The notes under the pieces: generated by a model
Seen by the model: only the letters and a program-made list of their open reading frames with translations
The model's database searches: none
Told to the model about the DNA's origin: nothing
Shown here: positions 56,049-64,000 of the stretch, in pieces
Numbering within the stretch: the first letter of the stretch is position 1
How the letters are laid out: each line of letters starts with the position of its first letter
Translations under genes and position numbers: made by a program
NCBI GenBank assembly: GCA_964016885.1
Contig: OZ024754.1
Coordinates: forward strand, 29,760,001 to 29,824,000
Source: Eledone cirrhosa
Taxonomy: Eukaryota
Reading direction: 5' to 3'
DNA: 64,000 nucleotides

Positions 56049-56283
56049 AATGAGTACTCGATACATATTAGTTCATTTAATAGGTACAAAATATATTTTC
56101 TGTTATTAGTTTTGACCCTACGAAAGAGTCCTTTGTATACTTAAGGAGATGGTTAATAGGTGCGTGTTGATAACAGAGTTAACAGAACCAGGGTTTCGAA
56201 ATGCAAAGTCTTTCAACACACGTATCCAGCCTAGCCTACCCAGTATAATACATATTAGTGATAATAGTAAATAATATGTTTAC

Positions 56284-56363
<80 letters not shown>

Positions 56364-56373
56364 AGAGAGAGAG

Positions 56374-56448
<75 letters not shown>

Positions 56449-57064
56449 AAACATCATTTCAACATAATACCGTACAACACAGCTTAATGGAAGTATATCT
56501 CTCAAAAGGTTTCCATGAATAATTATAGGTAATTGTAAATAATTGGTGTCTGTGACATTAGTTTCTAGAGAGAAATAAAACAAATATATTCATTATATTA
56601 TTCAAGGTAGATGTATTACTATCTCATTAAACATAAGTGCGACTGATTGAGTAAAAAGTTTATTTCACAACAATTAGGTCCAGGTTCGTTTCCATTAAGT
56701 AAAATCTTGAGCAAATCTCATTTGCCAAAGCTTCGTGTAATATATGATTTAGAATAACTATGTACTGAAGTGAAGAATGGAAAGAAAGAAATTGACAGCG
56801 CACAACGATGAACATTTAACTAGTCTGCTATAAGGTGCATCTCAATAGAGGTCCCTCGTGTGTTTTAATGATAGGGGATCTAGTTATATCATAAAACGTA
56901 ACGTGAAATGGAGCAACGCAAAATGCCATCCGGTTCAAGAAGTAAAACCACGACTTTATAATTGTCAGTCCCACACCCTAACAACTAGGTCAAGAGATTT
57001 ATGAATATAGTTAACAGTGAGGGCGTGGAGATAATTCATGAAAATTTTAAATAAAGACGGAATC

Positions 57065-57335
57065 AAAACATATAACTATATTTGCTGGTTACCCCTAGGT
57101 CAAGCCCGACCAGATTAGACAAAATAAATAGCTACATCTGCTGGCTAAACCCAGATAAGCCCTGCCAGATTAGACAAAATATATAGCTATATCTGCTGGT
57201 TTACCCTACATCAGCCCTGCCAGATTAGACAAAATATATAGCTATATCTGCTGGTTTACCCTACATCAGCCCTGCCAGATTAGACAAAATATATAGCTAT
57301 ATCTGTTGGTTTACCCTACATCAGCCCTGCCAGAG
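57065..57335. repeat. 55-bp minisatellite, about 5 copies
   Basis: CAGATTAGAC occurs at 57111, 57166, 57221 and 57276. Confidence 0.9.
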
Positions 57336-59799
57336 CAGATCTATTATCAGACGAATTTTAATCATGTCTATCTCCCATTTACTTTTCAACTGTATGTAAC
57401 ACTAAATTATTTTAATGCGTCCCACCATTCATTTTGAAGGAGAATTTGTCTAGAAGTTTGAGCCACACATTATAGGTTTATTCGTAAGCTCTGTTGTTTC
57501 TTGGGGACATTATTATTGTTAAATTAGCTATATATTAACTATATAGATTCAGTGTTTAGACGGTTGTACTCGCATAACTGGTTGAAATAATAATAGATTG
57601 GTTGAACACCTGATCATGGCTTTATGATAAAATATGTTCTGTTAAAAATGCCATTTGGGAAATCTAACATCGTAGCAAATCTAACATACCATCGATAGAT
57701 AAATTGGTTACATCATATCTCAGATCTTTATAATCAGTGCAAGTAATGATATTAAAGATAGCCTCAGAGGAGAAAAGCACTAATAAATCATTTCAAATAT
57801 ATATCGATGAATTCATCAAGTTAGATATTTATTTATAATTCAAGTGCAATTTTCTCCATATCATTCGGTACTGAACTTGTCAGCCTAGCTTTGACCACTG
57901 CACAGGTGAAAGGTTTTCTATATCTACAAGTTAAGGGTTCTGTTGAAAGCGCCATTTTGCCAATATTCTTCCACAAATATTTACTAATGATAATTACATT
58001 GGCAATAACTGAAAGAAATGTTTGCATTTGAAATTTCATTCCGGGATTTTACATTATTAAGATAATATGTGTGGGATCTACGTCGGTTATGACGACGAGT
58101 ATTCCAATTGTTAGAGCAATGGAACAACCAGCTCGTACAATTTAGATATAGATGGCTGAAGATTTCACAGGTATGTGTACACTTAATGTATTTTGAAAGA
58201 AGATTCAGTGTGCCAAAGTGTATGACAAAGCTTACTCTTTGCTCTTTGAACTACAGGCACAGTCCATCTTGTATTATAGAGCAAGTGGCTGAATATTCCG
58301 CATACATGTGTACACAAAACGTGGTTTTAGGAGGGATACAATTTATAAGACTGGCCTTTTGAATTAAAAGAACAACTAATTGTTTACAGCTGAATGGAGT
58401 GGAGAAACGTGAAATAAAGAGTCATATTGCTGACAACCAAACTCACATTATGATCGTGAACCAAATAACCTAACTATTATGCCAAGTAAATTCGCTAAGA
58501 TAATATGGTATATTCATTAATTTGGCAGGATTTATTTTACACCTGTGGCCTTTGATCACATAACACTGCCAAACATAGTCTTATTTCACTTTTTCCAATC
58601 TATTTGTAATCAATAAATCAATGATTAATAGCCTTTCCAAAGCATTCTTCATGATTCATTTCTGCCGTGTTGGCTACTAAAGTTTTATTGCAACTCCAAT
58701 GTTATGTAGATATCTATTTCATTCATAATCGCATTTTGTTTTGTCTCAATGTTTTGACGTCTGATTTACGTTTTTCTTACTTCAGTTCATCTATTTTAGT
58801 CATGTACATTTGAAATAACAACGTTTAATGAATCTCTCACTATATACGTCGAACACACTGGACTCTGAACTCATATGTATATGATCTGATACATGTTTTC
58901 TTTAGTTGTAGGTAATTAGCTGCATGTAAGATATCAACGTAGTATAAATTATTAGTTTTCTTGGAGTTTATGGCTTGGAATTGAAATCTAGGACATTTCA
59001 TTTTGTATATTTATATAAATTTTACTAACTATTATTTAACGATTATTATCTAACAAGATACTTGTATATACCTCTAGTACTTCTCAGTTACACCATTTGG
59101 AGCTTTTTTTTATAGTATTCCTTTTTGCGATTAGTGAATGGAAATACGTTCCTGCATTCTGTGAGTGAATCTTAGCGGCTGTTTTAACAATGTCAATACC
59201 TTGGTAATATATGAAACTAATCTATTAATGGACTCTAGTTATTGTAACTAGAACAAAGGTCTAGTTCTATTCTTTATTTCTAAATACTCTAGATATCCAT
59301 AGTTTGTATGACACTAGAGCTAGCTATGTATTTCTCAATATAATAAATGAATGTCTTATTCATTTCATCTATCGAAATTTCTTCTTGAGAGCCTTGATTG
59401 AAATAGTTTACTTGTATTACTCCAGAGCTTGTGTCAATAATAGTAATATGTTATAACTTCCGCACTACACACCTGTAAAATCATGGTCTTGTCTCAATGT
59501 AAAGAAACATTATTTTATATAAGTTAACAAAGAAATTCTTGGAATACTTTAAATTTGAAATTTTATTAAGATTTTGCTGATGCAGTTGATGATCTCAAAA
59601 CCCCCGATTCATATTCAAAAATTGAATCATGTGGGAGGATAATTACATACGTGTTAGGTACCGTACATCCCAACATGTGATTGCATTTATAACCTGTGAA
59701 AACTAATGAAATACGATCGTTTCTTTGTCATTTGGTATCCCTTAGTAAAATTCTCTATCAGCATTGTTAATCACAAACATGTAAACCTGAGAACAAGCT

Positions 59800-60095
59800 A
59801 CACATGACCAATGTTCTTCGTCGCCCACTTATTCTTGAGAGAGTCGTGGGGGTAGAGTTCTCAAACACTCCCTCCAGCGGGTCTTGTCAGAAGCAACCAT
59901 CTTCAACTGATCCGGCTGGATCCCCAAGCGTGACCCAAGCCATTTTGTCGGTTGGTTTCGCCCGTAAAATCTGTCCAGCGATTCTTTCCTGAGACATTCT
60001 AGCCACATGCCCAGAGTATCCGAGCTGTGTTCTCTCAATTCGGAGAAATAGTGGCTCTACCTGCAGTTACTCTCTGATCTCCAAGCTACGCACTT
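59800..60095 (-). mobile_element. RTE-type LINE 3' end fragment
   Basis: Minus frames RIERTQLGYSGHVARMSQERIAGQIL and ...LGI...VASDKTRWR, typical of the RTE ORF C-terminus. Confidence 0.75.
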
Positions 60096-61199
60096 GATTG
60101 TAAAAGTGAAAGTAGCAAAGCCCATGACTCCAACTGTTACATTAGTTATACAAAGACAACAATCTCTCTTAGTTTCACCATGCAATTACAACAAGGATCA
60201 ATTCCACAACGTTACACATGGAACCGCAAAACAAATATAGATTGGAAAACATTAATTTTCCATATAAATATAATTGATTAATTATAGATTCATTACACAT
60301 AACAATACTAAACTAAAGATGTAGATAACATATTGTTCCATTTCATAGATTTTAACTTCTAAACAGAATCTATATCAATATTTTGATTTTATTCGAGTGG
60401 TTAAAGCTTTGCCATCTGTGCTATGCAAAAAAATAAACTGTATTGTTAAAGAGTATATATCTCCAAAGATGTAGAAGCACTATGAGCCAGCAGATTTTAG
60501 TTTTCAGTTATATTAAGTACGAAACAGTGGAACATGATATGGCTGCTACATTAAAAGTGGATAGTAATGGCAATGGATAGCAACGCAACTTTTCTACTCA
60601 TTTAATGAAAATATATTCTTATTACAATTGGGAGAACGAATGAAGCAACTGAACTGATAATCAATACCGCCACATTTGCTGGTCTACAGTGAAAAGAGTT
60701 CACTTTTATACTATGTCCTGATTTAATATTGCCGTGCAATTTTCTTCCCCAAATTGGAATCGTAAAGAAAGTAATTAAAATTACCAGTAATGTTTATCCA
60801 TCTAGAGAAGACAAAGATAAACTAGAGTAGAAACTCATCAACGTGTGTAATAAACGATAGCCTTCTACCAAGTGATACGTAATTACTTCAATGTGGGCAA
60901 ACCATCAAGATCATTAGCTTACTATATATGGCGACCTGTGGAAAGAAATGGCGAGAGATGGTGAGAAGTTCGGTAAATCGATACCCAATGAATTTAATTT
61001 CTGTGTTGTCAAGTATCTAGTATGGTTGCAGGATAAATCTAACTGGAGTGTAAGCTGAAATAAACACAAGAACGTTTATGTACAGTGCAATTAATTTATT
61101 TTCAAATCTGAATATAGAGTAACTTAAATAAAAATAAGTGTTTATATATATAGTATTACTAGCAGAAATAAGAACCTCCGGATGATGTTTCTTCTTTTG

Positions 61200-61231
<32 letters not shown>

Positions 61232-61282
61232 CGAATCTGATTAGTGAAATTTTGAGTAAAGGCAATGGTGCATATTTATATA

Positions 61283-61512
61283 CATAGAAAAGGAACGATC
61301 GACTTTTTTGTCAAATCGGACCGAGGGAACAATGTTTCCGTTGGTCTTTCCAATTGCTAATACTATCTATCGGTCGCAACTCCAGGTAGAAGGAGCAACG
61401 TGAAATAGAGTGTCTTTCTCAAGGACATAACGCATCGCCTGGTCCAGGAATCGAACTCACAACCTTACGATTGCGAATACAATTCTCTAACCACTCAGCC
61501 ACACGCCTTCAC
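61283..61512 (-). mobile_element. SINE family 2, full-length
   Basis: Close reverse complement of 12424-12647. Confidence 0.88.
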
Positions 61513-61548
61513 TTTATATACATAATAAAAACAGTATAGAGGTAAACG

Positions 61549-61952
61549 GACACCGTAAATGTGCATATACGATTTACATATTTTTAGTACATAGTAAACG
61601 TGCCAAATATACGGAAATTCAGGTAAATTGAAAAGAATAAATACCTTCAATCGATATTTAAACATAGTTATGTTTCATTAGCAGCTACAAGTCGTCAAAA
61701 GAACCACAAGGAGATACGTCCATTTCAGGATACTACTACAGTATATAAGTCCCATCATTGTGTACTTTCGCGTGGTTGTTTAGTTAGATGATATACGTAC
61801 ATACCTTCTGATGAAACCCCAACTACATTTGAAATTCAATAAAATATATTTATCATTTTTTTCAATTTACAAGGAAATACGTATATTTGTTGTGTGTAAT
61901 GCCTATATACGAAGAATGCGTAAATTTATATAGATATATTTACGCAGTGTCG
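61549..61952. mobile_element. Old, diverged fold-back element with HHR remnants
   Basis: Degenerate inverted arms (GACACCGTAAAT...GTAAATTGAAAA vs TTTTCAATTTAC...ATTTACGCAGTGTC). CTGATGA...GAAA at about 61808-61834 (+) and CTAATGA at about 61675 (-). Confidence 0.5.
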
Positions 61953-62084
61953 GTTAGTTGTATGCTATATATATATGCATATATAACTTTATAATATACT
62001 TCGGCAGCTCAACAAACAACTTAATATATATTGTATATACAAACTACTATTCAGTTAATTCCTAACTTGACTATAATTGTCTCT

Positions 62085-62255
62085 CCTTTAGGCACAAGGC
62101 CAGCAATTAACCAGTGCATTACTTGTACTTTATTTTATCGACCCGTAAGGATGAAAGGCAAAGTCAACCTCGGTGGGATTTGAACTCAGATCGTAAAGGG
62201 ACGTAACTATGCTGGAAAGCATGACGTCCGACCCTCTACTGATACTGCCAATCCA
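62085..62255 (-). mobile_element. SINE family 1, full-length
   Basis: Close reverse complement of 18299-18482. Confidence 0.88.
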
Positions 62256-62328
62256 CATAAATGTGTATATACAGCATTGTATATATATATATATGTGTAT
62301 CTGTGTGTGTGTGTGTGTCTGTGTGTGC

Positions 62329-62363
<35 letters not shown>

Positions 62364-62709
62364 CGTATCCATGTATATATTTATGTGTGAGTATGTGTGT
62401 GTGTATGTATGTATGTGTATACATATTCAAATGTGATTAATGTTAAACATATATATATATATATATATACACACACATATATATATATATATATATGTGT
62501 GCGTGTGTGTTTGTATATATATATATATATGTGTGTATTTATATATGTATATATATATATATATATGTATATATATACACTGTATATGTGTGTATATATA
62601 TATACATGTATATATACATATATATATATGTATATATGTGTGTGTGTATGTGTGAATGTGTGTATGTGTGTATGAGTGTGTGTGTGTATGTGTGTGTGTG
62701 TCTGTGTCT

Positions 62710-62771
<62 letters not shown>

Positions 62772-63338
62772 CAAATCGGAAGAGTGTATAATTTGAAACA
62801 AACTCAATGTCGTATATTTATATGTAATATTATTGAAATATTTTCTTATGCGGTATATTTTGATTAATCATCTGTTTTGCTGATTAGAATTACAACCGAA
62901 TTCATAACTGATTTTTGTTTTGTTCCATTACAATAGCGTTTCATTAAATGCTATCAAAGAGAGTCGTTTATATATTTAATAACATCTACGATTGGAAAAT
63001 ATAATCTAAAAGAAAACGTGTTTTCTATAAATGTGAGATCTGCTTAAAGCTACAGACTGACCTTTCAGCTGTCATTGTGTTCTTAACTGTATTGTATATT
63101 GGAGTCTACATGACTCTGTGCATGTGTGTGTGTGAATGAATGAGTGTGGATGTGCATGTATGTTGTGTGTGCGTGTGTATGGTGTGTGTGTATCTGTCTG
63201 TGTGTAAAATAATAACATTTACTATCAGAATACAGAGCAGACTCTGAATATTGATATAATTTTGGGGAAATTAAACCAGGAGGAATTGTTAATATCTTGA
63301 TAATATCTTTAGACCTGGTTCTTCCTAGTAGGTTAATC

Positions 63339-64000
63339 CACTACTATTCCAGCAGTGTAATATTTCACTACACTACTAATCCAGCAGTGTAATATTTCAC
63401 TACACTACTAATCCAGCAGTGTAATATTTCACTACACTACTAATCCAGCAGTGTAATATTTCAATACACTACTAATCCAGCAGTGTAATATTTCACTACA
63501 CTACTAATCCAGCAGTGTAATATTTCACTACACTACTAATCCAGCAGTGTAATATTTCACTACACTACTAATCCAGCAGTGTAATATTTCACTACACTAC
63601 TATTCCAACAGTGTAATATGTTACCACACTACTATTCCAACAGTGTAATATTTCACTACACTACTAATCCAGCAGTGTAATATTTCACTACACTACTATT
63701 CCAACAGTGTAATATTTTACCACACTACTATTCCAACAGTGTAATATTTTACCACACTACTAATCCAGCAGTGTAATATTTCACTACACTACTATTCCAA
63801 CAGTGTAACATTTTATTACACTACTATTCTAACAGTGTAATATTTCACTACACTACTATTCCAACAGTGTAATATTTTATTACACTACTATTCTAACAGT
63901 GTAATATTTCACTACACTACTATTCCAAAAGTGTAACATTTCACTATACTACTATTCCAACAGTGTAATATTTTATTATACTACTATTCTAACAGTGTAA
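63339..64000. repeat. 32-bp tandem minisatellite running off the window end
   Basis: Unit CACTACTAATCCAGCAGTGTAATATTTCACTA; spacing confirmed at 63371 and 63403. Confidence 0.95.

Noticed and set aside
57830-61010. Faint protein-like patches (hydrophobic stretch near 58050-58140; cadherin-like words near 58800 and 59560)
   Set aside because: Many stops and no complete motif such as DxNDN or LDRE; cannot be supported without a translated homology search.

Overview
This is AT-rich, repeat-dominated eukaryotic DNA with no confidently identifiable host gene. The tRNA-derived SINE families, MITEs and extreme (TA)n/(CA)n/(GA)n density resemble an octopus or other coleoid cephalopod genome (inference from recognised repeats, not from a search). 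It holds fragments of Penelope-like retroelements (PLEs) of about three types, Tx1-, R4/Dong- and RTE-type LINE remnants, a head-to-head mariner derivative, hAT/piggyBac/mariner MITEs, a 6-kb 38-bp satellite with higher-order structure, and minisatellites. The main signal not shown by the ORF track is about 20 intact or degenerate type-I hammerhead ribozyme (HHR) motifs (stem I-CTGANGA-stem II-GAAA-palindromic stem III-UH-stem I), nearly all in elements embedded in (TA)n tracts. They occur at PLE termini, in non-coding fold-back elements with two outward-facing HHRs, and in a near-identical 472-bp tandem-plus-inverted retrozyme-like array with an octamer motif upstream of each HHR. Nearly all listed ORFs are microsatellite read-through artefacts. 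All folds and coordinates were worked out by eye.
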